From positions 24,490,001 through 24,554,000 of the forward strand of contig CM120642.1 of assembly GCA_051362555.1 (NCBI GenBank): a stretch of DNA of 64,000 nucleotides. Direction: 5' to 3'. The position numbers and the translations under genes are program-made. The stretch comes from Lingula anatina. Lineage: Eukaryota; Animalia; Brachiopoda. Under the pieces are notes generated by a model that was not told the origin of the DNA, made no database searches, and saw only the letters and a program-made list of their open reading frames with translations. Positions 31,491-46,900 of this stretch are shown piece by piece (positions within the stretch are counted from its first letter, which is position 1; the number at the start of each line of letters is the position of its first letter).

Positions 31491-32225
31491 GAGATGGAAG
31501 GTGAGCAAGTTTTGTATTACTTCTTACACTGCCCACTGCACCGGTTTTACGCCAGTGTTTGTTGATGCCGCATCATGTGACTTTGGCCTCCGGGATAGCT
31601 CAAATGCATTCCATGGCGTTTTAAATATTTTAAAAATCTTTTTGATTAGTAGTATTTCACAACATGTATTTTGCGTGCTCAAACCCATGTTTTCATTGGA
31701 AACTCGCATTCTTCAAATCTACTTCAATCATGACATTTAACGAATCTTGTCAATGCTTCGTATTTGCTGCGGAGCGGTAGCGGAAATTTCAAAATGGTGG
31801 ATGTCAACAAATGAATTGATTCTGCCGATTGCTGGATATTTTTGTAGCTTTTCTCTATGTGGAGCCGTTCAAGGTTCTCTCCTCGTGGTAAATGAATAAG
31901 TTGGTGTAATGGAGTATATTATGACAGATGTATTTGTATTGATATTCAAGACGATTGGTCTTTTTTAGCCTTTTTACGAAAATATTTTTGCCCCAATCCG
32001 TTTTTTTTTTATCTTAAAATTTAACTAGGTCTGCATTTGTTAAACTTTGATCTTTAATTTCCAAAAACATTCTAAGCCTTTAAATGGCGATATGCGATAA
32101 TATACAAAAATAATTTTGATAAATTTTGATAACCAGGGGACGTCCAAGAAAACTGAAATATACTGTTGAAACTGAACACTTGAAATTGAATATATATGTA
32201 TCGTCGTCCAAACCATTAGTAAAGT
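31491..32225. promoter_or_regulatory. Putative bidirectional promoter / 5'UTR region shared by the GH27 gene (-) and OFD1 (+)
   Basis: Start codons are ~900 bp apart and divergent; minus-strand 5'UTR donor at 31491 (|gtaagt); locally CpG-richer. TSSs are not determined. Confidence 0.5.
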
Positions 32226-32545
32226 ATGAGCACCAGTACGTCCGTGCTATCAGCTGACGAGCTAAAACACAAGTTGTACAGCAGTCTTCGAGGAAAAGGG
32301 GTGCTAGACTCCTTAAAGGTGAGTATTTGTCGGTCAACATTATTTTTAAGTTTTAAGCCCTTTTCTATTTAATACAGCAATGTTGAAATACAGTGACTAA
32401 TTATAAAATACATTTTGTCTGTTGGGAGATATTAAGTGGGGATTCTGCCAATTTCTAACCATATTGTGACTCTACAAAAGGCATGAGAAAATATTGTTTA
32501 GATGTGAACCTTAGCATACTTGTTCATGCAAACTCTTATTATCAA

Positions 32546-32582
<37 letters not shown>

Positions 32583-34959
32583 AGACCAAAATACACCCCA
32601 TAATTAACATGCTCTCTACAATGCTACAATTATAGAATAAGTGGCACATTACAACTACTTATTTTGCATTCAATTGGATGTAAAGAGTAGTGATGCATTT
32701 ACAGATTATTCATGGACTTCACACATGATGACCTTGATAAATGATAAAATTTGAACAGCACATCACATCTGAAGATGCTGTCAAGTTTACAATTTTGTAG
32801 TTGCTGCTCTCCTGAATACCTTTCAGTGCTAAACTAAGTGCCATATTGTGATTTAATTGCTTTAAAAAAACTCCAGTGTCATTTTTAATTGTAGTCTCAA
32901 TTAAGGAACAAACTTGTACATGAGCTCCAACACTCAGTGTTAGGATCTTCGCTGAAGACAAAGCCTCCCCAACAGCAGGATGACAGTTCCTTATCCCTCA
33001 CAGCTGCTAACAGCCTGGTGGCAGATCATCTCCGGAGATGCCATTATAATTACTCACTGGGGGTGTTCATTCCAGAGAGTGGGGCCTCTCAAGATAAGGT
33101 GAGGCACACAGTAATGAGTAACAGATGAGATCTTTTAAAAACATTTAATTCATTTGCTGACGTTCACAATGTATGCTTAGCCTACTGCTCTGCAGCATTT
33201 AAAAGGTGTGAGCGATGTTTTATCATTTCTTTTTCAAGATATATTGTATTTAATTAATAGTACTGACAAAAATGACTTCTGACTTATACCCAACTTGATT
33301 TTGATAACTTTCCAATCAGGTATTACTAATTTTGCAGCATTTTTAGTTTATAAACTAAACCTATGATATTGTAGAACTTAAATAAAATTCATGATCAGCT
33401 CCCAATCAATGAGTAATAAGTGTCTATTAATTCACAGGTATTCACAACCCAGGACCTGCTGCAGCTGCTCCATATAAGCCCACATTCAAAATTGTATAAA
33501 ACACTGGTGAGTTAGCCTGATGTACTTTCAGTTCACATTTAACACAAGTGAGGGTTATGAATGTTTAAATGAAAAAATTTCGACTGAGAGTTTTGATAAG
33601 GGGACACCATTCCATACCTTGCAAGTATTTGGCAACCAAGAGCATTATTTGACAAATACATGCAATGTGTTTTACTTAATTCAATTATTGTATAAGGAAT
33701 GGTTCCAGTGTTTACTATTATCCAGTAAGCTGTTATACTGTATGTGTGTTAAATTCTTTTCTCTTTGCTGCTTTAGACAGAAAGTATGCCAGAATCTTCT
33801 TCCAAGGGATTTTTGTGGCAGTTATTGACAGCGCTTGCTGGTAGTCATGCAGGTCTTTCGCAGGACACCAGCACACAGACTTCCAGAGATGGACATGGGG
33901 CAATGTCAATTTTAAGTAAGAGATTAAATTTTTAAAACACTAGAAATTATTCGTAAATGAAAATTATCAAACACAAGCCAAGATACTTTCATACCGTTAG
34001 TTTTTGGCCAACCTGGACATAGGCCTTCATCAGAATGATGTGAGTAGATGTTGACTCTCACTGACCCCTAGGTGGTATGGTATTTATAATTTTTTTTGTC
34101 ATGATATGTTGAACTGCCACAGCAGCATCTATTAGTTATTTAGTAAATTGATTCATAGGTGTTGAATAGTTAAATGCTAAAAAATTCTTAATGTTCCAGT
34201 AGACAAAAAGTTGCTGTTGGAATTAACCAAATCAACAATAATTAATTTTTTAGTGTAAATTTGTAAATTGTTAAATAAATTTGACCTCTTAAAGAACCTG
34301 AGGGTTGAATGGTGTAAAAATGGGCTAAAATAAGTGTTCTAAAACTATAAAAAATTGTCTTTCATTTTTATTATTTTGAATCACAGAAAAGAAGGCACAA
34401 AATTTAATGCTTTTTTTACAGGCACCAGACTGTCTAAAGTTGATGAAGAATTTGACACTTTGTTGCATGAAAACTCCAAAAGCCACGCCTTGGGGACCGA
34501 AGAGCGCATCCTTTCAATACAGCGCCATCTAGAGGAGAGGTTCAAGGAGGAGACCAAGCTGGAGCTGGAAAGGTTCAAAGAGATGCAGTTCACTAAATTC
34601 AAACTCCAGGAAAAGGAGAAGGCTAGGAAAGAGATAGAGAAAGCTAGAAAGGAGGTATAGTATGATAGAAACCATAGAAGCATACAAAAGCCATTTGTAT
34701 TGTACAAGTGCTTATTTTGTGTTATGAAAAGAGGAAATTCAAATATCAAGGCAAAGTTTAAAACAACATAAATCTTATTTTGGTAATTTTTAATGAGTAA
34801 AAATTTGAAGCATGTTATGTATCACAAACTAAGAAGGAAATTATAGGAAGTGAATTTTTCTTAAGGCCAGCTAGATAAGCTTGAACCTTTTCAGCTAGAA
34901 CTTGTTTATGTGCGAAGCAAACACATTTGGATATACATATCCATGTAACAATATATAAA

Positions 34960-34995
<36 letters not shown>

Positions 34996-37900
34996 TTTAT
35001 TTCTTAAAACCGCACTACACTAGCGTCTCAGTGCTGTTTACAGGTAAAATTATTAGGATTACAACTTATTATATATATAATAAAAGCTAAGGTAAAAAAA
35101 AAAAAAAAAAAAAATTAAAATAATTAAAACTGGTTAAAATAGTAATGGTCTGAACAATAAAACTTTTTTTCTGATAAAATGAGAAGATATTAATTAAAAT
35201 ACTGTGCAAATAAGAATGTTTTTAAATCTTTTTTAAAAACCTCAACACTGTCAATAGTCAGAATGTGTGAGGGTAATTGATTCCATAAAATTGGTGCTGA
35301 AATTGAAAATGCCCTGTGGCCGTAGGTTTTGGTTGTTTTTTTATTATCATTTCTGATAAAACAAGGAGTGGAGGTGGATCTGGTAGACCTGGTGAGACTG
35401 GGTGTACTTGGATGTAGCATCGAGTTAAAATATGAGGGGCATTCACCTCTAGTGAATTTAAAAACAAACAACAGTAATTTAAAAACAATTCTCTGTCGTA
35501 CAGGAAGCCAATGTAGTTCGAATAAAATGGGTGAAATGTTTGATCTGAGAGGGATTTTGGTCAGTAGTCGTGCTGCAGCATTTTGGACAGATTGCAATTT
35601 TTCAATTTGATAGGTAGGAAGACCATACAGTAGACTGTTTCCGTAGTCAAGATGTGAAGTTATAAAGGCATGGACAAGCCTCTCCATTTGACTTTTATCA
35701 AGGATGTGGGATAGTTTGGAAATTTTTTTAAGACCATAGAAAGCGGCTTTGCATTTTTTGCTGATGTCGGCAGCCATATCGCACCTATTATCAAAAATTA
35801 CTCCAAGGTTTTTAACCTCATCTTTTACAGCGGAATCAACAAAACTATTTATGATGTATTTGCTTATTTGCTTTTTATCCACTACATGTTGATTAGATAT
35901 ATGTTTATGTGTTTAGATGGAACAGACCTACAGAGCAAAGTGTGATGCCTTGGCAGAGAGGGAGAGGGCGGCCACAGAGAGGTTACAGAGGAGACAAGAA
36001 GTAAGTTATACTTTATAAAAGAAGAAGTGGACTTTATATTGTCATCTTGCTCATCAACTACTGACTTTTGATTTAATGGCAAAAATGAGTACAAATTGAA
36101 TGCATTTTTGTAATGTGTGATTATGTGTGTTTGCTTGTGGTTGTATGTGTGCTATTGGTTGGTACAAAATGGGTGTTATATGATATTCAGTAAGAATTTT
36201 TTTTTTTGTCATGATAGCAACAAGAGAAAGAACTGTATCAGCAGAGGCAGAGTCTATTGGAGGAGATTGACAAAGTCAGAGAAAGGGAGGTGGAAGTGAG
36301 AAAAGACTTGGAAATAATGAAAAGGTGAGAGAAACATTGTTGTGCATTGTTTTTTGTCGATGAGACCAGAATTGACTGATAAAGCCTTTTAGACAGAGAC
36401 CAAAACTGTCTTATGTGAGGTACAATCTCTGCTTAATGATGAAGCATAATTGTTATATAGAGTTTAATATCTATAATATATAAAAGATATTAAACAAGAG
36501 TTTAGATAGAATGATGTATTTTTTTTGCAAGGTTTACATAGCAGCATACCCCATCAGTTGTATGTCATATAAAAGGTTCAGCATAATTAAGTTATTTCAG
36601 GGACTTTCAACTTACTGTTAATTAGAGAAATGATTTATTTACAGTTTACTATTTATATTTCAGGGAAAGTCACCTACATGAGGATAAGATGAAATCTTGG
36701 GAGGATATGTTGAGGAAAAGAGAGGATTCTGTTCATAGACTTGAAGAGGAATTTGACCAGAGGTTACAAATAGATGTCGCTAGGTAAGTTTGTAAGACAG
36801 TTCTTAATTTTATGTTCATGTATATATTATTCATTTTTTCAAGTATGCCTTTTATATTTTAAAATTTTGACATTTTTTGTATTCCTCAAGTTACTTTAAT
36901 GAAAAAAAGCTTGTTTTGAACTAACCGGAGCCTGTTTTGAAATTGTATTAGACTTTATTGCCTTTGAACTTTTTAATGTATGTAAATTGTTTATAATTAT
37001 CATATGCCATTGTGTGTGTAGAGAGCTAAAATTATTTGTTACTACAATGCAAGGTTTAAGATAGAAGAACAGGGAAGACTTCTAGAGAGAACAAAGAACC
37101 TGGAGGTCCAAGAAGCAAGGTTATCAGGTAAATGTTTTAAATTGAATATTTTATAGAAAATATAGTAAATAAGCATTGCTTTTTTTCCACCTCAAGTTTG
37201 ACATGGAAATGTAATTAGATAAGATGAGAGGAATAACGGAACATACTTTGAAAGTGGGTGTGCAAATAAAAATAAATAAATAGATAAAATCATCATATAA
37301 CTATGTGTCTATTGCTAAGTCTGCAGCCTTTTAAGAAACTGAAACATTTTTACAGTGTCTTATCATATGTCAGTATCAGGTGTAATATGAATGACAAACC
37401 TCTTGATAATAGGAATTATATTTTCTGAGTCAAGCTGTATGTGATCACTATTATGACAAACTGAAAATGAGAACTTTGTTTCAGATGAGCTTAAGAGACT
37501 GGGAGAAGAGAGAGAAGCCCAGCAGAAAGTGAGAGAGGAGTTGAGAATAAACAAAGCCAGGGTTGCAGAACTGGAGGTATGATATTGTGATCATACAGAC
37601 TTGATAGTGTTAGTTGTGACTGGATGAGAAAAGCACTTCTTGAAGTGGAGTGCCACCTGGTGGCTTCATTGAAGATCTTCTGCTACTGTGTTCTGATACT
37701 GCATTGATGTTTTCCAATTTGCTTCTGGGTAGATCTGCTTTCTGTTAAATTTGGAATCTTGGGATTTTAATGTCACCTGGCTGACAATTTTATTATATGA
37801 AATGACTTTTGCTTTGAAAAAATGATATGTGGTATGAGTAAAAGCTAAAATGAAGAAGGCCAAATAACTTGATAAATTGCATATTCTTTGAAGTTTCAGA

Positions 37901-40900
37901 TGATGAAGAAAGCCTGGTAGTGCAGATAATAAGATGAACTGCATGCATAAGATGTTAAAATTCAATTGTGTAAAAATAAAAATAAAAGTTCTAATGAATT
38001 CAACATTTTGTATGTCTTCTAGGCTCAAATCCAGGCTCTTCACCATGAAAAGATATCTACATCAAAACATTATGAGGTGGCACAGGAGCGACTTCGCGAG
38101 GTAACTTAACACATTTACCCCACATTACATTGCATTTGATAATTTAAATATAAATGAATTCTTTTACTTAACTTTTTTATCAGCACTCATTATTATTTAC
38201 TTGTTTAAGTAAGTCATTGGCACTGTAACAGCAGTTGACTTTTAAAGATTTCGACACCATACTTTTTCATGTTCTTTGATTCATAGATCTTTTCTCCATC
38301 AGATACTTTTCAGATGAAATGCAAAAAAGAAAAATTACTTTGTTTCAGACGGTTGATTATCGCTCCATCAAGGAAGAAAATGCAGTGATGAAAAGAGAGT
38401 TAGAGACAACTAAGATGTGAGCAGTCCCTTGTTGTTGTTAAGTTATTGCAAACTGTTATAATAATTTAATCCATGTGCAAATCTTTATTTTTCTTAACAT
38501 ATGTAATAAACTAAATTGATTTTTATCAAATTTTAGATTTTGAAACAAGTTGGTATCATGCCATATAAAAGTAGTATTCCTCCCAATCAGTTGTGTGAAT
38601 TTTTTATGTATATTTACACAGTGACACCATAATTGTGATAGATAAATAAATAAAGATGCAAAAACTAATTTATTTGCAAATGTGCTTTTATTTTGAAAGG
38701 AGACAGGCAGAGTTACTTCATGAAAATGAAAGAGAGAGGCAAAGTAAGTGCATCGTTGCGATGTTAAGTACCTGCATTGATAGAGTTTCTTTGAAATTAT
38801 TATGCCAAATGACTATATAACCTTATCATTAAGGAATAAAAACGGAAAAGAGGATAAGCTTCTCAGTTCTTAACTAATTTGTTATGATTGGCATTTGCCA
38901 AAATTATAACTGCTAGTGTGAGCCCTGAAAGTCTGTTTTATAACAAGTTATATACATGATATTCAGGGTATGAAAGCCTGCTTAAGGACATGGGTGAGAG
39001 AACCAAACAGCCAACACCAGAATCTTTACTCCTACAGAGGGAGCTTCAGAGAGCCCAAGACAGGCTGAAACAAGAACAGGCAGTGTTTGAACATCATAAG
39101 CAGCAAAGTGATGCCAGAATTAAAGAAGAAGTGAGTTGAAGACCTGGATATCTGGCTAAATGATTATTGAGGAAGTCTTATTTTGATATGTTATCTAGTA
39201 TATATCTAAAAAGAGACAATAGTTTGCTGATAAAGTTGCTCCAAAGCAAAATACCATATATATGCTTCTCAGACTACCTATGCAAGAAAGGCATAAGACA
39301 TATAAAACAAATTAAAGATTCTTTTTGTAATGTTTTCAGGCAGATCGCAACCAAGAGATCTTGAAAAAATTTGAAGAGCAGACTTTGCAACAGAGAGAAA
39401 TGATTCGTGAGATAACAGACTTAAGACAGCAGCTCTTACACACCCAAGAAGGTACGGGTATTTAATTTTGTCTAAAACTGTTTGCTCATCTGTTGTGTAT
39501 TATAACATGTATAAGATATCATAGTTGTGTGTGATTTGGAAAACTGCACTACTCTTGCTAATTAAAAAAAGAAAGGAGAAAAGATTATGTTTAAGCGTAA
39601 CAGTTATGATATATCATAGTTGAAAATGATTTGAAACAATTGAACTCCTTTTTCGATATAAATGGACCTGTTTCACAAGTCACACTTTTTTAATGTTTTA
39701 TAATTGTGTTTATTTTTCCTATTTAGCTTTAAACAATGAAATTTACAGGAAGCCCAGAACAGCTACTCTCAGGTATTGAACTTTTATTAAACATTCTTTA
39801 TTTTCATAATACCCTTCAAGTGAATAAAAAAAGATTAATTTTTTGGTTGTAAGTCATTGTCAGTATTTAAAAACTTTGGATTTATGTTTATTTATCACAT
39901 GCCTGCTGCTTTGAACAACTGCGAATATACCCTAGTATTTTACTTACACTTGACATGATTTTTTTTTGTATGGTTTTAAGATTGGAAGCTGCTATGTTTA
40001 TGATCAAAGGCTTTATTTCTGTTTTGTTGCATGACAAAATTAGTTCAAGGTAGACACAGTATGTGATGTGTAGCATTATGTAATATTTTAGTTATATCCT
40101 GTTGACAGTGTTGTTGAATGTTACAGTAACTGTAGTATCCCTGCAATATCATATACATAAATAACTGTCTCATCATCACCATAGTGAACTATTAAGTAGT
40201 AAATGTTTTCCTCATTAGACCACAATCCACAGCAGCCTACATGGATGACATGCCAGTTCATGACCCTGGAATCAATGACATGTACATTGACACCTCACTG
40301 AGGAGAACTACAGTAGATCCAGAGTTACAACTGGCAGGAGATGTCAGCTACTCTGGTGGCTATGGGAGGAATAGTGTGGCTCCAGATATTAATGATCTCC
40401 TGGATAGAGTGGATAGAGAACTGAAAGGGTGGGTTTCAATTATGTGTTTTTAGATCAGTAGTAAAATTTCGATTGTATGTTTTTCCTTGATTTTATAGAT
40501 TTCTCTTTCTCTTCCAAACACTTGCACTTTTTGATCATTTACATATATATAATTCCTGAAGTCGAAAAACTGGATCATTGTCACTTTAACTGATTTTATG
40601 AGCACTTTCTGTAGAGACAACGTTTGCACTGCAAAATCTCATATTATAAGAAAGGAGGCACAGGAGATAAAAATTAGCAAGAATATTTTGCAGGATGACT
40701 GTGATAATTATTATTAACCCCATAAAATATCCAGCTACAAGTTATCTGTGGAAAACATCAATGGTGACAGTACCTTGATCATTTATTGAATTATTAAGAC
40801 CTGTACTTTCACTTTCACTCTTCAGTGCTGACAACGACATGCTAACAACACTGCAAAGGCAACAGAGACAGCGAGATGAAGGGTCTCCCAATGAGTCCAG

Positions 40901-43900
40901 TGCTACAGACATCATACTGGAGACAAGACAGAGGCTGCAGAGGTTAGAGAGAGAGGCAGAGGTAAGGGGGAGTGTTTTCTAACAGTATGAAACGGGTTGT
41001 GGTGATATGTGTTGGGGAGGGGGGGGGATATCTGTCTGTCAGTCCATCTTTCTGTGGATGCCATCTTGTCCGCCCACCTGCCCCTACCTCAGTTTTCAGT
41101 CAATTTCATTTTGAACTCATGTTGTTAGATGTTAGGAAGAGTTTATTGTGGATATGTCTTATTTTTATGCCCCACAGGTTTGAGTGGGAGAATGGTCACC
41201 CTGAAGTCCTAGTTGTGCCTGATAACTTTAAGTTGCCAAGGTGTTGTCAAAGAGACTATTTCATCGATGTTTCTAGTTACCTCATATTATGAACAAAGAG
41301 GTATTATGAGGGATCATCATTATATATTCCACATTAAAAACAACAGCATTACCTAAGCAAATGAAGAAAAGTTTTCATCAAAAGCTTGTACAACACCCAA
41401 GATGTGTGATCTTTGTAACCCTGCTCAACCCTGTTCAACTTTCATACCAGTCGAGGGTGTAATTGAATAAGCGAGCATCCAAACTGTAATGTGCCCATAG
41501 GTCCCTGATGTCAGATTTAGAAATGTTGACAAAATAAGACTTCAAGATGCCAGAAGAAGATGCTGGCCTTCTCGGGGTTGGGAGCCTGAACTTATCAGAA
41601 AGTCCCACCATAGTTAATACCATGTTAATATCTCTTATCAGTGTCTCAAATTTGATAATGACATCATACTGAATTCTACAGGGATCACACAGGGTAACAT
41701 ATCTCTCCCAGTGCCTGTTATATGGCTTATTTTCTTTCAAGGACAGAATGTACTTAAGAAATGCTGCAAATGAAGGACTGCTATAATTTTGGTTATTTGT
41801 TTTTGGTAGTTTGCCTTTGTCATACTTTTTGACAAGCTCCCTTAACTGCACAAACTTGCTTTCCCTCTCAAATTTGTCTCTGTATGCAGAAACCAGGCGT
41901 TCCAGTGGATGTCTGACAACTATCACCTTCAAATAATTCCTTAGGCGGAATTGAATTCCATAAGTTGAAAAACTCATAAGGTGTGGAGCAAATGTATTAA
42001 AAGTTTTGTGAACTTCTTTCATTTTTAGGTAAGATTTCTCATCAGTATTGCCAATCATAGCATGGAGAAGGCGTTTTACATTGGTACAGCCCACTTTTGG
42101 CATGGCGCATATTAGAAGACGGTGCCTGTCATCGAGCAGAAGCATCTCAGGGGGCTTGTCTTTTGCAACACTGCCATCTGGTGAACTGTATGTTGCCTGA
42201 CATATGTCTTTTAGGTGCTGGGCCCTCTGTTTCATTTCCTTCTCCCAGCTGTTAGGAACTGAACCCCAAGATGCATGCTTTTGATGAAAGAATTATAAAA
42301 AGAATCTTAATAGACTGATTACACTCTAATTCCATTTCTTAACTGTATGTTGAATTCTAGTTTAAAACCATGAACAGATACCACATTTCTTAACTAAAAG
42401 GCCTTGAAATTTTCAGATAAATTTTTAATTATTTTAATAATATTTAATATAAAAGGAAAAATCTTAAATAAAAAACCTAAACTTTTGCATTCATCAAACA
42501 CTGAAACTCATTTGGAGACAGGAACAGATATTGTACCTTGGAGTTTTTTGAGGAGAGTGGAATTTTCTTCTTTTCTAAGAAATCAAAAGAAAATTCTGTT
42601 GTAAGATAGAGAAGTATATATTAAACAAAACTTGATGAAAGGTTTTATCTTTATATATAGACACTCTTTGGATCTGGGCACACATTGATGATTTACTCCA
42701 CTCTTTGCAATTTGCTATGTAGTTCTTTTAAGTTGTTTATTTTTTGGGGATGGCATGTATTTTGGTGGTTTGCCCCATAAGTGCCAAAATGTATCATTGT
42801 ATTACTTCTAATTTGCTTCAAAAAGTGACTTTGTCTGGTAAAAATGCAGATTCCTTGAAAACCAGCCTGATCATACTTTTTTAATGATTTTTATAAACAT
42901 CTTTCCTGTTTGGTGTCTGTATATTTGCTATCTTTGCTGTCTAGTTATAGACAGAAATTGTTCTTCCATAACCAGTAGTCACTTATAATAAACATTACTT
43001 ACAAACATGTTTTATTCAAACTGTATCATGATTGTAGGTAATAAAACTGCAGACATGTATAAATGTATTTTTACCAGTTGGTAGAATAACAGCCTTCCTT
43101 GTTGATGAATTCAGATAGAGGAAGACTGTGAATGGCACTCCAAGGGTTATCACCAGATACATGTGTTTTAGCCTTACAGTGCCCATGATATTGTAGAATC
43201 TGAAGTGAAAATAAATAATCCCATTGGCAAATGTTACAGTTTAAAATCTTCATTGTTACCAGTTAAAATTTTTCAAAGGACTTGATCCATTTTATATACA
43301 TTTTTTGCAAAATTAAGTTAATCTGTTGACTAGGAGACAAATAATCCAGTGTGAACCTAATGAAAACATGATCAAGATAGAAGTCAGGCAGGGATTGGCT
43401 TCCATCATGACTGAAAACAGTGCTTATCTATAAACAAAAAAGAACCTCAGTGCCTGCAGACCCTTTTCTGATCTTGACAAATATTGCATTTGTTACAGTA
43501 CAATTTTATCTGACCAAAGGAATAATAGTCTATTAATATGCTTTGTGGCATACTTACAAAACATGAATAATATTCAACCAACTTAACTGGATGCATGCCC
43601 CACATTTATGGTATTGTTTGTGGGGAAAGCAGATGTGTATTAATTATTTGTATGTGATAAAACATTTATAAAGGTGAATGGTATGATAAGGATGTACAGT
43701 TGAAATACATATGGGAATACTGTATGGTTAATCAGAATAATTTGCTATATAACATGTAATTGGGGGTGAAAAAGGACAATGGAAATTTTGCACTAAGATG
43801 ACACTAGTTGGTGATGGTTACATTAAAAAGTAATATGTAATGAAGTTCCCAAAATGGCAAAAAGTTAATTCAGTGCAATATTATTGCAAATGTGATAATT

Positions 43901-46900
43901 TCAGTTTTGTGCTTTTTGTCTTGTTTAAACTCCCTAATCTTATCAGTGGCAATGACATAATTTTGCTCTTAGTTCACATGTTTAAGGTGAAATTTAGTGG
44001 ACTACCCCTAGGTCATCTTGTAAATTAGTATTATGTTTACAGATATGTATGGTATTATTGAAATAATAAATGAACATGAAGTTCAACCTTTTTAATTATA
44101 TTTTATTCTTTGATTAATTTATTGGGATTATGTGTTCATATAAACTGCAATTATAACAGCAGTTTCTTTCTTTTTACATGATTATATCTTTCTATTCAGG
44201 AATTTGATGAAAATTACCGACAGTTCAACCAGCGTATGACCAACCCAATGGCCATCCCAGATGATTCTTATGTACAACAACAGTCCAGGAGAACACCAAA
44301 AACAGCAGCTACTGCTGCTTACAGAGTTGTATTTGATGACTTGCCACCTACTCCCACCCCACTCACTGGTATATTTACATCTTACTTTTAAATTGGTCCT
44401 TTTTATTCTCTGTTCATTTTTACTTTCTCCTGTAAAGATATGATGCTGAGTATGTACTCAGGGGCGAATCCAGAGGTATTTTCTGACAGTCTTCCAAATT
44501 ACCTTTGTTGATCCATCCTCTATTTTTGACTGTCTTCCAACAGAAAAAATCAAATTACCATCTTCCGGAAGACGCAGAAGAGGTCCTCAATCCCCCCTGG
44601 TATGATATGGGTCTTTAAACATAAAGGGGATTACAGCCTAAAGTTTTCATAATTTTTTCTTCGAAATATTTTTTTTTTTTTGTCTTTATTTGCTTTGTCA
44701 TGTTATAGGTGATTTTTTTAAACAGGTTCACCCCTGAGAGAGAACACAAAATCACCCCCATATTCATCACCATCCAAGTATATAGGTGGAGGCACATACA
44801 GTAGCTCACCAACAAGGTTAAGGTCAGAGGAAAGGAGGTCATCAGAGAGAGAGAGGCCCCTGTCATCAACTCCATTTAGAAAAACAAGGCGAACACTTAC
44901 TCATGACGATGGTATGGGTAATTGATATATAAAATTCTGATAGAATGATGCAGTTTGATGTTTAACTTTATACCTAATACTTAACATACCTTATTTATTT
45001 ATTTCAATTAATGGTTATTTATATCTTTGTATTGAGAAGATCCTCTCCAGAGAAGTTTCTCACCAGATGAAACTCCTGACAGACAGAGCCCTCCAACTCT
45101 AGATGGCAGCACCAGCCCAACTAGCCATGGTAACCAAGGTTACCTGCCATCGTTGGGCATGTCTGAGGTCACCAAAAGAATAAGTCCAGTTGACAACAGG
45201 TAGGGCATTGGATTTGACCAATTGTAATGTGGGAGTTTACAAAGAACATCTCTTATGAAATAATTTTAGAAACCCATGCACCCATTAAAAACAAATTCAA
45301 TCAAAATATTACTACGAATTATAGTTTATAAACAAAAAAAATAATTTACATAAAATCAGAAAAATTGAAACATTTCACATAAGCTGTTTTTTGTTGTATT
45401 ATAGAGAAAAGAGTCCACTGACAAGGCAAGGACCTTTGACCCTGAATGACCTTGAAGGTCGCCCAGGCTCGCCTGGTGTTGTTGTGTTCCAGGGTTCAGG
45501 GACTTCATCAAAAACCTCAGGTAAAGGATAACTCACTAATAATTCCCAGTATATATATTTTTTCCAAATACTTACTCAACTTTTGTAGTAATTGTAAAGA
45601 GATCTTAAATCATTCAGAACTTACCTTTTTTAAATAATATCTACAACTGCAGAAGAGTGCAGAGTGCAGATTATTAGACTTGTCAAAATTATATGTTTAA
45701 TCTCTGAACTCTGGGAAAAAAAAAAACTTTCATCAGGAATAGTTTAATGTTTGACAAATGACATGAGATCTAAATAAGTGCTTTTTTTTAGCTGTCATAG
45801 ACAAAGACTTCCAAAATTACATTTGAGCCATGCCCAGTTATCAAGGGATTAGAGCAAAATTTTATGATTAAATTTTTTTTTAGACCATAATGGTCATGAC
45901 CCAGCAGTTGACCTTGACATTGGTGGTAATCAGGTCACCAGGCCTCAAGATCACCCAACCACCTGGCATGGTGACCACAGAGTGGACACGCCCACTCCTG
46001 CAGCAGAGATGGATCTCAGTATAAAGGATAACTCAGTGACAGGGGCTAGCAGGGAGGATAAAAGTGTGCAGAGAGTGGACCCAAATGAATGTCAACCCGG
46101 TGAGCCAGTTAGAATTGTAGAACATGATGATTCAACAGGCAGGAGGGACAGGCCCATGGAGGAAGAGGAGGAGGGCAATCGCCTGGATGCTGGAGCAGAG
46201 GAAGGCCCACAGGTTGTGTCCTTAGACTCTACCTGGAAGGTGAAGGAAGGTTAGTCCAGAAACAGGAGACCCGTCTAAGTTTGTATTACTACATTAAAGG
46301 TGAACTAAGGTGATCAATTTTGGTGAAGAAATGTAAAATTTTTTAAACATTTTCCCAAATTCATCCATATTTATGTCAGAATTTTGGTTTCGCTGTATGC
46401 TCTTTGTTCTTTGGCTTATGCCCTGTATAACTTCTACATAGAACTTTTGATGAAACAATTTCTGTAACTAGAATTAAATTTGTTTGACATGTCATACCTT
46501 TTCTGTGTCATTAGATGAAGAAAAGAAGAAGCAAGAGAAGAGACGTCAGATTGAGCGAGAGCAGAGAGAATGGGTGGAGCAAAGGCGGAAAATAGAAGAA
46601 GAAAAGTTACGCCAAGAGCAGGAGGAATGGGAGAGAGAACAGCAGAAGCTGGAGAAACTGAGGAAAGAGAAAGAGAAAGAAAAGGTTCTTAAAATACCAA
46701 AAATAATTTTAAAACTTTACATGTTACTAAGCATTTTACAACTTCAGTAAAACATGTCTGTATTCCACTTTTATTTTACTTAAATGATTTAACTGTTAAT
46801 AAGTTGGAAGTTGCATTCGAAAATGGAAGACCTTTTTGCAGATGTACTTGTTCAATATGGCGGTAGTTCTCGTTCTCTTTTGCAGAGTTTCTTTTTTCAT

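Noticed and set aside
31547-31573. 8-codon uORF (MRHQQTLA*) in the presumed GH27 leader
   Set aside because: The TSS is unknown, so I cannot show it is transcribed; short uORFs arise by chance.
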